IMG/VR virus record: IMGVR_UViG_3300042564_002580
Coordinates: 32,001 to 96,000 of that record
Length of the DNA stretch: 64,000 bases
From: a virus
Reading direction: 5' to 3' (one strand)
Shown here: positions 16,305 through 25,961 of the stretch, in pieces
How the letters are laid out: each line of letters opens with the position of its first letter
How positions within the stretch are numbered: the first letter of the stretch is position 1
Made by a program: the position numbers and the translations under genes
Notes under the pieces: generated by a model
Seen by the model: only the letters and a program-made list of their open reading frames with translations
Database searches by the model: none
Told to the model about the DNA's origin: nothing

Positions 16305-17231
16305 ATGTCAAAACATATAGGTAGAAAGTCATCTGCTCAAGATAACTTTGTGGGACCAAATCCAGTAACTGGAGTAACCGCAACAGATTATTTAAACGGA
16401 GTAAACAACGCTAGAGCGTTTAATGACGGAGCAATTACAGTTTCATGGTCCGCTCCAGTAGCAGGAAATACACCTACTGGATATAAAGTTTATGAAGCTG
16501 GAGTTCTACGGGCAACTGTTGCTTATGGTACAAATACAGCATTAATAACTGGCTTAGGCTCAAATACTTCACATACATATGCAGTTTCGTCTTATGACTC
16601 CTATTTAGACAATTCTTCAAATGCAGTTGCTGCACCAGCAGCAACAGCAACTACTGTTCCACAAGCACCAAATACCCCAACAGCAACAGCTGGTGTAGAT
16701 TTGGATACAATTGCATGGACACTTAATGCAAATGGTGGAAAAACAGTAATTGATATATATATTGAATCAAACGAAGCGACTCCAAAAAATAAAACAGTTA
16801 CAACCGCATCAAATGGAAGCACAACTATTGCAAATGAAGCAAATACTGCACAAGCTTACAGAGTACGAGCAAGAAATGCAAATGGCTCTAGTTCATTTTC
16901 AGCATTTTCTAACTCAGTTACGACGCTACCGCCTTCATTCTTTAGCCCACCGTTCTTCCCACCTGGCTTCTTCAGCCCACCGTTCTTCCCACCTGGCTTC
17001 TTCAGCCCACCGTTCTTCCCACCTGGCTTCTTTAGCCCACCGTTCTTCCCACCTGGCTTCTTCAGTCCACCGTTCTTCCCGCCAGTGTTCTTCAGCCCAC
17101 CGTTCTTTCCACCTGGCTTCTTTAGCCCACCGTTCTTCCCACCTGGCTTCTTCAGCCCACCGTTCTTCCCACCTGGCTTCTTTTCTCCACCAGCATTTGG
17201 TGGCGGCCAATTTTCTTTGAGGGCGTACTAA
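16305..17231 (+). CDS. Fibronectin-III virion protein with C-terminal (SPPFFPPGFF)x8 tail and GGG
   Basis: Two FN3-like domains (VSWSAP..GYKV..ITGL..YAVS; IAWT..YRVRARNANG); Pro/Phe repeat. Confidence 0.8.
   Translation: MSKHIGRKSSAQDNFVGPNPVTGVTATDYLNGVNNARAFNDGAITVSWSAPVAGNTPTGYKVYEAGVLRATVAYGTNTALITGLGSNTSHTYAVSSYDSYLDNSSNAVAAPAATATTVPQAPNTPTATAGVDLDTIAWTLNANGGKTVIDIYIESNEATPKNKTVTTASNGSTTIANEANTAQAYRVRARNANGSSSFSAFSNSVTTLPPSFFSPPFFPPGFFSPPFFPPGFFSPPFFPPGFFSPPFFPPGFFSPPFFPPVFFSPPFFPPGFFSPPFFPPGFFSPPFFPPGFFSPPAFGGGQFSLRAY
16941..17180 (+). repeat. Eight tandem 30-bp coding repeats
   Basis: tt(t/c)agcccaccgttcttcccacctggcttc x8; unit 5 has G to V. Confidence 0.95.
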
Positions 17232-17232
17232 T

Positions 17233-17637
17233 ATGACTAAACATTATGCGATCTTATCATTAAATAAAGTTATAGATAAAATTGATGTTGAAAATGTAGA
17301 TGAAGATCTAAATAGAATAGATAGATTTTCAGAACTGTTTGCATCTGAGTTTTTCTGTAAAGATGTAACCGAAAGCAAAAAAGTTAAATTAGATTCAGTA
17401 TGGGATGGAAATTCTTTCTCAGAGTTTGATGTCGAAAGAAATGAAGTTTCTCCATACTCCGTAGCTCTTATTTCAAACAACACTGTAAAAGCAGTTATTA
17501 GAGTATATACTTTAAAAAGACATAATCTATACAAAGAAGCAGAAGTTAATGGAATTTCTGCAGTTGAAGTACCAGAGTCAGACATTGAGCAGGTAAAAAC
17601 TGGAATGTCATGGGACGGTACATCTTTTACAGAATAG
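17233..17637 (+). CDS. Two-repeat protein with WDGxSF motifs; fibre-assembly-chaperone-like
   Basis: Halves end in SVWDGNSF and MSWDGTSF; starts just after the fibre gene stop. Confidence 0.55.
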   Translation: MTKHYAILSLNKVIDKIDVENVDEDLNRIDRFSELFASEFFCKDVTESKKVKLDSVWDGNSFSEFDVERNEVSPYSVALISNNTVKAVIRVYTLKRHNLYKEAEVNGISAVEVPESDIEQVKTGMSWDGTSFTE

Positions 17638-17649
17638 GAAGTTAGTTCT

Positions 17650-18345
17650 TTGAGTAAAGATATTTTAAAAAATGAGATATCTCCTGGTCTATGGGTTTAT
17701 AAAAATCAAATAGATAAAAATATCATCAATGACGTAGAAGATCTACTGTCTAAATATGATGATGATTTTGAGTGGCGAGAAGCAACAGTAGGATATGATG
17801 TAAAAGTACCTTCATATAGAGACTGTGTAGATTTTAAAATTCAAAAGCAGGAAATGCCCAACATGCCAGAAAGCAGAAAAGATTTAAATAAAATATGGCA
17901 AAAAGCATACGATATGCAGATAGATGCAGTTAAAGATTACTGCAAACTTTATAACATTGATATGCAATTCTGGGAAGCAATGAACTTTATTAAATATGGA
18001 GAAGGCCAGCATTTCCAAGAGCATTCAGATCATGGATTTTCTTACATAGCAACAGTTTCATTGGTTTCATATCCAAACGATGACTATGAAGGAGGGGAAT
18101 TATATTTCCCTAAACTTAATTTAACCATAACTCCAGAGGCAGGAGATATAGTTATTTTTCCTTCAACTTATTTGTTTTCACACAGAGCAATGCCAGTCAA
18201 ATCAGGAGTTAAGTATTCAATAGTTACAATGCTTGATTACAACGATAACACTCACAATCAGGAGTTTGATCTTCTTAGAATGAAAAGGACTAATTCTGCC
18301 GCTGCAAGAGAAAGTGCAATGAGTGGAAATAATAAAAGCTTATAA
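17650..18345 (+). CDS. 2OG-Fe(II) oxygenase, P4H-like
   Basis: FIKY..GQHFQEHSD, NDDYEGGEL, FPS...SHRAMPVKSGVKYS. Confidence 0.9.
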   Translation: MSKDILKNEISPGLWVYKNQIDKNIINDVEDLLSKYDDDFEWREATVGYDVKVPSYRDCVDFKIQKQEMPNMPESRKDLNKIWQKAYDMQIDAVKDYCKLYNIDMQFWEAMNFIKYGEGQHFQEHSDHGFSYIATVSLVSYPNDDYEGGELYFPKLNLTITPEAGDIVIFPSTYLFSHRAMPVKSGVKYSIVTMLDYNDNTHNQEFDLLRMKRTNSAAARESAMSGNNKSL

Positions 18346-19039
18346 AACCAAAGAAGGCTTTGCAGAAATAAAGACTCTTCCAGTTAAAAGAGACTGGATG
18401 GATAGCACTTGGCAAAAGCATGCCTATCATTGCTTTCCAGTAACTTTAACAAATACATTAGGGTGGTATTTAAGTTTTCCAGAAGATATAACTTTTATTT
18501 GGGACGGTATTTCAAATTTTGATCCATCCCATGTCAAGATTTTAAAAGGTGACAAATACGCTTATGCTGGAAGAGCAAACGGAACAATAAGTTTTAATAC
18601 AGGTATTAAATTTAAAACCGAAAAAAATGTAACATTGCTGACCATGCCCGCTCCTAATTTTTTTATTGATGGTGCATCTCCTTTTACAACATTAATAAGC
18701 ACATCATTCTTTAGAGCAGATCTTCCAGTAGCTTGGATGATCACATCTCCAAATAAAGAAATTACAATTCCAGCTGGTCACCCAATATGCTCAATAATAC
18801 CAATCAGTCTTGGAGATTTAAATAATTCAGAAATACAAATAGGACCAGAACCAAAAGAACAAGAAGTTTCACAAAAAGAACTATATGAATATTCTATGGC
18901 AGTTCATGAAATAAACAAAAAGTTTAGCTGGTCCGATTTTTACAGAAATGGTGTTGACCATAAGGGAAAAGCCTTGGGTGATCATGAAATAAAAGCTTTA
19001 AAGCTAAAGGTTATAGAGTATAGCCCTAGTGATATTTGA
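18323..19039 (+). CDS. Conserved protein resembling DUF6065
   Basis: KRDWMD..HAYHCFP...N.LGW...WDG signature, recalled family pattern. Confidence 0.6.
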   Translation: MEIIKAYKTKEGFAEIKTLPVKRDWMDSTWQKHAYHCFPVTLTNTLGWYLSFPEDITFIWDGISNFDPSHVKILKGDKYAYAGRANGTISFNTGIKFKTEKNVTLLTMPAPNFFIDGASPFTTLISTSFFRADLPVAWMITSPNKEITIPAGHPICSIIPISLGDLNNSEIQIGPEPKEQEVSQKELYEYSMAVHEINKKFSWSDFYRNGVDHKGKALGDHEIKALKLKVIEYSPSDI

Positions 19040-19063
19040 TATAGAATATGGTATATTGTACTT

Positions 19064-19810
19064 ATGGAAATAGTTAATCAAGGAATTATGGGGGGCGGAA
19101 GAGCTCCTATATCAATTACACCATCAGGTTTTTTTGGGGACTCAATAGATAATATTGTTGAGCTAGAAAACTTTATAACAGAAGAAGAACAGAAGAGGCT
19201 TATTAACTTTGCTCTAACTAATAAAGTTTGGGATAAAACAGAGACCCATATTGATGAAGACGGTTTAGTGCTTTACGATGCAAATATTTGGGAAGATAGA
19301 GTTTGTACTGCAGCCTCACTAAAAAAATCTGATCCAGCAATAATTGATTTGCTATGGGACATGATTGATAGGCTAAAAATAGAAGTAGATAAATTTTTTA
19401 ATGTTAACGTTCAAGCAACTGGCCCAGCAATTGTTAGATGGCCAGTCGGAGCAAGACAAGAGCCTCATGCAGATAAAGAGTTTCACACAGGAGAAGAAGA
19501 AGGAAGACCAAATGATTTTCCTTACTATGACATAGCTGGACTATTCTACTTTGACGATGATTACGAAGGTGGAGAGCTGTATTTTCCAAGACACGGTATT
19601 GAATTTAAGCCAAAGCCTAGGGCAGCTTATTTTTTCCCAGGAGATAAGTATTATGCTCATGGAGTTAGACCAGTAAAGTCTGGAAACAGATTTACCGCTC
19701 CATTTTTTTGGACCATTGTAGAGCACACTGGAGAAAAACAACCTCCGAAAGATTATTCAGACCAGTTTAAATCGCCGTCATGGCAAAAGCTTTATGGAGA
19801 CAGGGGTTAA
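19064..19810 (+). CDS. 2OG-Fe(II) oxygenase, P4H-like
   Basis: VRWPVG..QEPHAD, DDDYEGGEL, YAHGVRPVKSGNRFT; leaderless TGgTATATT-6-ATG. Confidence 0.9.
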   Translation: MEIVNQGIMGGGRAPISITPSGFFGDSIDNIVELENFITEEEQKRLINFALTNKVWDKTETHIDEDGLVLYDANIWEDRVCTAASLKKSDPAIIDLLWDMIDRLKIEVDKFFNVNVQATGPAIVRWPVGARQEPHADKEFHTGEEEGRPNDFPYYDIAGLFYFDDDYEGGELYFPRHGIEFKPKPRAAYFFPGDKYYAHGVRPVKSGNRFTAPFFWTIVEHTGEKQPPKDYSDQFKSPSWQKLYGDRG

Positions 19811-19813
19811 CAG

Positions 19814-20659
19814 ATGCATAGTTTAAATATAGTTGATGATATAAATTCTTTAGATTGGACAGAGCTGCTTCCAGGTGTAATCCTTTACAGAGGAATGCTA
19901 AAAGATCCAGACCTTGCATATAAGATAATGATGCGCTCAGAGTCTTCTGAACAAAGTAATTTTTTCCAGAACTGGACTCCATGGGCTCAATATGGAACAT
20001 ACACCCAGGCAAAAGATCAGCAAATGATTGAGTCAGCAGAAAAAAATGAAATTTTTGAAGAAGAAAAAGCTTTATACGAAGAGATTGCGACATCTTACGA
20101 TAAAGCAATATCACACTATTTTAAGCACACTGGAATTGAAATTCCAGAAGGTGCAAGATATAGTGGTCAGTCATGGTGTAAGTACTTCAATCTAATTGAT
20201 ACATTAAAAAATAAAATGACCATGCAATATCACACTGATTTTATTATTTCTCAGAAGGATATGCCTGGAGAAAAGTTTCACACAACATGTACTTTTTATA
20301 TTAATGACAATTACAATGGCGGAGATATAGAGTTCTTTGTTGAAGGTAAATTTGTAAATCATAAACCGTCTGCTGGAGACCTTCTAGTATTTCCATCAGG
20401 AGAGCCTTTCTATCATGGAGTAAAAACAATACCAGATGGAAATAAGTTCTTCATTAGAAACTTTGTAATGTTTGATTATGATGGCTCAAAAGAGTGGTTA
20501 GCAAATCAAAAAAGATACGGCGCATATAGGTGGGGTAAACAAGAAATTGAAAGAATCGCAAATGAAGACCCAAGAAATATGATCTATATAAGAGATAATG
20601 AAGTTATATCTTATGAAGAAATAATGGGCGTTGACACTGGCGGAGGAATATACAATTGA
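19814..20659 (+). CDS. 2OG-Fe(II) oxygenase, P4H-like
   Basis: MQYHTD, YINDNYNGGDI, FPS..FYHGV...GNKF. Confidence 0.88.
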   Translation: MHSLNIVDDINSLDWTELLPGVILYRGMLKDPDLAYKIMMRSESSEQSNFFQNWTPWAQYGTYTQAKDQQMIESAEKNEIFEEEKALYEEIATSYDKAISHYFKHTGIEIPEGARYSGQSWCKYFNLIDTLKNKMTMQYHTDFIISQKDMPGEKFHTTCTFYINDNYNGGDIEFFVEGKFVNHKPSAGDLLVFPSGEPFYHGVKTIPDGNKFFIRNFVMFDYDGSKEWLANQKRYGAYRWGKQEIERIANEDPRNMIYIRDNEVISYEEIMGVDTGGGIYN

Positions 20660-21435
20660 AACTAATTAAAGTTAGAGATAATGAGCACCCAGTATATTTG
20701 TATGAAGATTTTTTAACTAAAGAAGAATGCGCTGGTATTATTAAAATGTTTAACAATCTTATAAAAAGCGGAGACTTTGAATGGCATCCAATTTCTTTTT
20801 ATGAGTCTTATGCGTATAACATGCCAAACCAACTAACAGATGATAAGAATAAGCTATCTCGATGGTATGCAGATGCTGGATTGCCAGACAACTTCCTAGA
20901 TGACCTAGAAAAAAAGTTTAAAGATGCAGCTCGTGAAATAATCGGAGGAGAAGCTTATAAAATAAGTTTTCATAGTCAAAAATGGATTCCTGGAGCATAT
21001 GCAGCTTTTCACTCAGACAACAGTTATGATGGTGAGCCAAGTGCATTTGAAAGAAGTAGATACGCAGGTTTTCTTTATTTAAACGATGAGTTTGATGGCG
21101 GGGAACTTAATTTTAAAAACTTTGATTTAAGCGTAAAGCCTAAAACAGGAATGTTTGCTATTTTTGACGGCGGTCATGAAAACACTCATGAGGTAACACC
21201 TGTATTTAAAAGCGACAGATATACTGTAGGATCATTTTGGGATGATCGGCCAGAAGAAGATTATCCTCAAGAAACAAGAGACAGGTGGGCTTCAGAAATT
21301 GATGATACAAGAAAGAAACAAAAAGTAGAGCAAGAAGAGTGGAAAGAGATAAGAGATAGCGGAAAAAGAAGAACGCCAGATGGCAGAGAGTATGATGCAG
21401 TTTTAGCAGAAAGCGGAGAAATCCATGGAAATTAG
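20656..21435 (+). CDS. 2OG-Fe(II) oxygenase, P4H-like
   Basis: YEDFLTKEEC, FHSD, YLNDEFDGGEL, HEVTPV..DRYT. Confidence 0.9.
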   Translation: MKLIKVRDNEHPVYLYEDFLTKEECAGIIKMFNNLIKSGDFEWHPISFYESYAYNMPNQLTDDKNKLSRWYADAGLPDNFLDDLEKKFKDAAREIIGGEAYKISFHSQKWIPGAYAAFHSDNSYDGEPSAFERSRYAGFLYLNDEFDGGELNFKNFDLSVKPKTGMFAIFDGGHENTHEVTPVFKSDRYTVGSFWDDRPEEDYPQETRDRWASEIDDTRKKQKVEQEEWKEIRDSGKRRTPDGREYDAVLAESGEIHGN

Positions 21436-22117
21436 AGAAGTTCAGCCAAGGCAAATGTACACTATGTTTGACATTGTGTTTCACGATAGAGGAATAGTTT
21501 ATTTTGAAAATGTAATTAGTTATCCAGAGACCCTGTTAAAAGTTATGGAAGACCTAGATTCTAACCCAAAATCACATAGCGGAATACCTGAATGGAGCAA
21601 GTGGGGGGCAAGCAACGATGATAATCATGGGTATGGAATTCAAAAGTTTATTGATACCTCTAAAAAGCTTATGAACACCGATGATGAGTTTTTAAACAAA
21701 CAAGTTTTGTATGTTGTTAATAGCTTAATCATGGCCCCAGAAATGTGTGCAAAAAGATATGCTGAAATAATGCGTAGAGATGCATCTAGAATCCAAAAAG
21801 TAGATAGCACACCAGAGCAGGTTAAGATGGGCCTAGATTATATTAAGGTTGCTAAATATGACACTGGTAAAGGTATGGGTCCGCATTGTGATGCTGAAGA
21901 TCCGTCTGGTACTGGACAAAATCTAAAGTACTCCCTAGTTTGCTATTTGAATGATGATTACGAAGGTGGAGAAATTTACTTTAAAAATCAAGATATAAAG
22001 ATTAAGCCAAAGGCAGGTAGCCTTGTTCTATTCCCTTCAGTTCATCCATATTTACATGAATCTCTTCCAGTTACAAAAGGAAATAAGATCATGTTTACTA
22101 CTCATTGGATGGTTTAG
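21425..22117 (+). CDS. 2OG-Fe(II) oxygenase, P4H-like
   Basis: KY..GKGMGPHCD, YLNDDYEGGEI, FPS..YLHES.PV..GNK. Confidence 0.9.
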   Translation: MEIREVQPRQMYTMFDIVFHDRGIVYFENVISYPETLLKVMEDLDSNPKSHSGIPEWSKWGASNDDNHGYGIQKFIDTSKKLMNTDDEFLNKQVLYVVNSLIMAPEMCAKRYAEIMRRDASRIQKVDSTPEQVKMGLDYIKVAKYDTGKGMGPHCDAEDPSGTGQNLKYSLVCYLNDDYEGGEIYFKNQDIKIKPKAGSLVLFPSVHPYLHESLPVTKGNKIMFTTHWMV

Positions 22118-22156
22118 TCGATATCCAATAGGATTGGTATCTGATATAATTTAAAT

Positions 22157-23920
22157 ATGTCATATTACCTTTTAGCAATTAAAGACTCTCCTCTAGGCTT
22201 ATGGAAGCTAGATGAGACATCTGGATCTGTAGCTTATGACACTTCTGGTTGCGGAAATAATGGTTCTTATGTTGGTCAGATATCTAGGTCTAGTTTGCCA
22301 ATTGTATCTGGAGGATCACATTCTAATAAAATAGACAGCGTTAACTACTTACAGTTTACATTATCAAAAGATTTTTCTGGAACAAATGGCACTGGTGGGT
22401 TTGCAACAACAGACACTTACGATAATGACTTCACATTAGAAGTTTGGTTTCATCCAAAAACCTTAACATCCTTAACACCCATACTTGCTGACTCAAATGG
22501 CATAGGTCTGTATTGGGATAAAGGAAATGTCGTATTTAAATTAGAAGATCAAAGAATTGATTATTCAGTTCCAAACCCAGATAGAGTAATTCATGCTGTT
22601 GGAGTTTACTCAGTTAATTCAATCATGTTGTATGTAGACGGCATTTTGGTTGCATCTAAATCAGTAGATTTTAAGTTTACAAATAGTAGTGTCACTCTTT
22701 TTTCTGGACCATCTTCTGGCTCAGAATATTTTATAATTGATTGCCCAGCCGTATATAGGTACTCGTTATCACAAAGAGCAATATCTTCACACTATAATAA
22801 CTTGTTTTTAAATAATGATGAGCAGGTATCTGTTCCAGATCTGGGAGAGCTTTTTAGAGCTGCAGAAAAATATCAAGACATAGAAACAAAATATGTTTAT
22901 CCAATTCAAGAATCTTGGGAGACTTTGATTTATGATAATGAGGCTTTGTCATACAACCCAAGCAACAATAGTATACGTTTAAATTCAGGGTTTTCTAATG
23001 GAGAGTTTGTAGAGGATGTAGTTTTAAATATTACAAAACAATACGTATCTTCAAAAATAGAATGGGTCTCATCTAAAGGAGTCTCCGTGTATGTTTCAGA
23101 AACATCAGCGCTTGGGCCATGGAGAATATGTTCAAATGGGTCTTCTATACCAGAATTTACACAGGGTTCTAGTTTTTCTTCACAAAAAATACTTTACTTT
23201 AGAATAGTTTTTGACTCATCAAATCCAGATATTTATCTTCCAGAACTATACTCTTTAAAGATTTACTTTCATTCTGAAAAGAAAATGTTTGCACATAATG
23301 GAGGAAGTACGCTTTCAATATCTCAACCCACTACTGGATCAACTTGGGATTTTGATGTTTCTAACAACAGCTACCCAGCTAGAAGTCGAAACTACCATAA
23401 CGGAATAAGACCAAAATCTTCAGCATTTTTTATAGACTCAGTAAATGATGTTCGTAATATTGAAATGATATTTACCCCAAAAACGCTTTCTAGCGGAAAC
23501 CTAATATTTAATAAGACTGGCGCAATAGAGACATCTCTTTCCTGGGCGGCAGGCGGAGAAATATCAAAATCTAACATTAGCAACATATATATAAATGGTC
23601 AGGATGTATCCTCAGCAACCAATATCTCATCATACTTATATATAGATGAGCCAAATTATATATTGATAAAAACTTCTAGCATAATATCTGGGCCTATTTG
23701 GTTTAATGGCAAGCAGATATTGGGAGTAAGGTCTAATGTCCTAGATGACAATATGTATCAAAATATTGCCCTATATTCAAATCCAGATATTAGCCACCAA
23801 AATCATTATAACCTGTATACAGGTAAATCTGCATCTATTGGGCAAGGTTCGTCAATGGAAGTGACAGAAGAGTCGGTATCTACCTACTCTAGAGACAGAG
23901 TTGTGTTTCAGATTATATAA
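22157..23920 (+). CDS. Virion protein with LamG/concanavalin-like domain
   Basis: PLGLWKLDETSG..AYDTSG.GNNG, FTLEVWF, LYVDG motifs; leaderless TATAAT-6-ATG. Confidence 0.75.
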   Translation: MSYYLLAIKDSPLGLWKLDETSGSVAYDTSGCGNNGSYVGQISRSSLPIVSGGSHSNKIDSVNYLQFTLSKDFSGTNGTGGFATTDTYDNDFTLEVWFHPKTLTSLTPILADSNGIGLYWDKGNVVFKLEDQRIDYSVPNPDRVIHAVGVYSVNSIMLYVDGILVASKSVDFKFTNSSVTLFSGPSSGSEYFIIDCPAVYRYSLSQRAISSHYNNLFLNNDEQVSVPDLGELFRAAEKYQDIETKYVYPIQESWETLIYDNEALSYNPSNNSIRLNSGFSNGEFVEDVVLNITKQYVSSKIEWVSSKGVSVYVSETSALGPWRICSNGSSIPEFTQGSSFSSQKILYFRIVFDSSNPDIYLPELYSLKIYFHSEKKMFAHNGGSTLSISQPTTGSTWDFDVSNNSYPARSRNYHNGIRPKSSAFFIDSVNDVRNIEMIFTPKTLSSGNLIFNKTGAIETSLSWAAGGEISKSNISNIYINGQDVSSATNISSYLYIDEPNYILIKTSSIISGPIWFNGKQILGVRSNVLDDNMYQNIALYSNPDISHQNHYNLYTGKSASIGQGSSMEVTEESVSTYSRDRVVFQII

Positions 23921-23975
23921 TTTTGTCATATTGAGTGACAAAAAGCTGGACTTAAGCATGCAAAGATGGTAAAAT
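23921..23975 (+). promoter_or_regulatory. Inverted repeat TTTTGTCA-N7-TGACAAAA next to promoter TGGACT-17-(TGg)TAAAAT
   Basis: Direct reading; precedes the head operon. Confidence 0.6.
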
Positions 23976-23983
23976 AATTAACT

Positions 23984-24328
23984 ATGGATATAAAAAGAAT
24001 TAATGCCCAAATGAAGTCTGGTGAAACTAGGCTTGGAGTCTATGTCTGGGAAATGCCTGACGGAAGATGGGTTGGTGACGAAGACAATAACTTTTTATCT
24101 ATATCATCCATGATTGGAAACAAAGAAAGAATTGCTTTGCTTGCAGCAGCCGTAGCACACTATGGAATTGATGTTGGTCAGCCTAAGTTTATTGAGGGAA
24201 GCCGACAAATTGATGAGGAAGAGTTTGAGTATCAAAAACAAAGATTAAGATGGGGTCTAACTCCAGATCCACTAGACATCGGTGTTCACAAAGAAGAAAT
24301 GGCTAGACTAAATGGTGGTAAAAAATGA
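23984..24328 (+). CDS. Hypothetical protein preceding portal
   Basis: ORF track; overlaps the portal start (ATGA). Confidence 0.75.
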   Translation: MDIKRINAQMKSGETRLGVYVWEMPDGRWVGDEDNNFLSISSMIGNKERIALLAAAVAHYGIDVGQPKFIEGSRQIDEEEFEYQKQRLRWGLTPDPLDIGVHKEEMARLNGGKK

Positions 24329-25905
24329 TTGAGTATGACGAAGACACAGTTCAGGATAATGTAGAGATATCCAATGTTGCAGATTGGATGAGATTTAACA
24401 ATCCCACAACACAAAAATCTGATGACTTGTTTGAAATAGACGCTGAAGAGATATTAAAGCTTTCAGGACTCGGTGCTTCATTTAGAAGAAAAGTATCTAG
24501 AGATCTACAAAAAGCGTTTACTGGTAAAGATGGATCTGTAAGCCAGCAACTTCAACACCAACAGGCAGTTAGTGGCTATGCCACATTTGATCTAATTCAA
24601 CCAGAATATAATTTAGATTATCTTTCAACAATTTATGAGATTTCGCCTTACAACTATGCAGCAATAAATGCAAAGGTTGCTAACATTGTAGGTCTAGGAT
24701 TTGACTTTATTGAATCTAAAAAAACTACAGACACACTTGAAGATATAGAAGATGAAAAACAGCTAGAAAGAGCACGTAAGAAGCTAAATAGAATTAAGCA
24801 AGACTTACATCGCTGGCTAGAAGATTGCAATGAAGATGAAACATTTAAAGAAACGCTTATAAAGTTTTACACCGACATAGAGGCTACTGGTAATGGCTAT
24901 CTGGAGGTCGGCAGAACAACGACTGGCAAGATAGGGTACATCGGACACATCCCTTCAAAGACAATGCGTGTAAGACGCCTTAGAGACGGTTTTATACAGC
25001 TTCTTTATGGCAAGGCTGTTTTCTTCAGAAATTTTGGAGACACAGAAACAGTAAATCCAATCGCTGGTCAAGAAGACAGACCAAACGAAATTATTCATTT
25101 AAAGAAGTACACCCCAAAGAATAATTATTACGGAATCCCAGACATTATTGCTGCACAAAATGCCATGGCTGGTAATGAATTTGCTGGTAAGTATAACCTA
25201 GATTACTTTGAAAATAAAGCGGTTCCAAGATATATTATTACCGTAAAAGGCGCAAAGCTTTCTGCAGAATCAGAAAGAAAGCTACTTGAATTCTTCCAGG
25301 TAGGCTTAAGAGGAAAGAACCACAGATCTCTGTATATTCCACTTCCTCCAGATTCACCAGATTCAAAAACTGAATTTAAGATGGAGCCAATTGAGGCAGG
25401 ATCTCAGGAATCTTCATTTAATATATATCGTCAATCAAATAGAGACGAAATCCTAATGGCTCACAGAGTCCCAATTAATAAAATTGGTACTCCAGCAGGT
25501 ATTAATTTAGCTGCTGCTAGAGATGCGGATAAGACATTTAAAGAGCAGGTTTGTCGTCCAGCCCAAGAAAACCTAGAGAAGAAATTAAATAAGATAATCC
25601 AAGAAATGACGGATGCCCTAGAACTTAAATTTAATGAATTAAGTTTGACGGATGCTGACACCCAATCAAAGATAGATGAAAGATATCTTAGATTCCAGGT
25701 AATAACTCCAAATGAAATTAGAGTAAGAATGGGAATGGTTCCAAGAGAAGGCGGAGATGTCCCAGTAGATCTTGCAGCCCAAGCAGCTGAAATTAAAGCC
25801 CAAGCAACCCAAAGCAGAACTCGTGACCAAGAAAGATCGTCTAATTCTCCAGATAAATCTGGGGAGGGCAGAAATGCAAAAGGAGATGGAAGACAAGTCA
25901 ACTAG
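24325..25905 (+). CDS. Portal protein
   Basis: ATGNGYLEV, EIIHLK..YYGIP, YFENKAVP, AHRVP, ITPNEIR motifs; size and position. Confidence 0.92.
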   Translation: MIEYDEDTVQDNVEISNVADWMRFNNPTTQKSDDLFEIDAEEILKLSGLGASFRRKVSRDLQKAFTGKDGSVSQQLQHQQAVSGYATFDLIQPEYNLDYLSTIYEISPYNYAAINAKVANIVGLGFDFIESKKTTDTLEDIEDEKQLERARKKLNRIKQDLHRWLEDCNEDETFKETLIKFYTDIEATGNGYLEVGRTTTGKIGYIGHIPSKTMRVRRLRDGFIQLLYGKAVFFRNFGDTETVNPIAGQEDRPNEIIHLKKYTPKNNYYGIPDIIAAQNAMAGNEFAGKYNLDYFENKAVPRYIITVKGAKLSAESERKLLEFFQVGLRGKNHRSLYIPLPPDSPDSKTEFKMEPIEAGSQESSFNIYRQSNRDEILMAHRVPINKIGTPAGINLAAARDADKTFKEQVCRPAQENLEKKLNKIIQEMTDALELKFNELSLTDADTQSKIDERYLRFQVITPNEIRVRMGMVPREGGDVPVDLAAQAAEIKAQATQSRTRDQERSSNSPDKSGEGRNAKGDGRQVN

Positions 25906-25923
25906 TCCTGCTCAACTAGTTAT

Positions 25924-25952
25924 TTGCCTTTTTATGTAACAATCTCTATAAT
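25924..25952 (+). promoter_or_regulatory. Promoter TTGCCT-17-TATAAT (same -35 as 31552-31580)
   Basis: Exact 17-bp spacing; shared TTGCCTTTT with the major tail promoter. Confidence 0.65.
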
Positions 25953-25961
25953 ATATAACAT

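Noticed and set aside
16941-17180. Possible CRISPR array
   Set aside because: Repeats are contiguous with no unique spacers, lie in a coding frame, and no cas genes are present
16935-17210. Antisense ORF (EEARWEERWA)n and alternate-frame ORF 16750..17220
   Set aside because: Shadows of the 30-bp repeat; variation is mostly synonymous in the SPPFFPPGFF frame and no expression signals are seen
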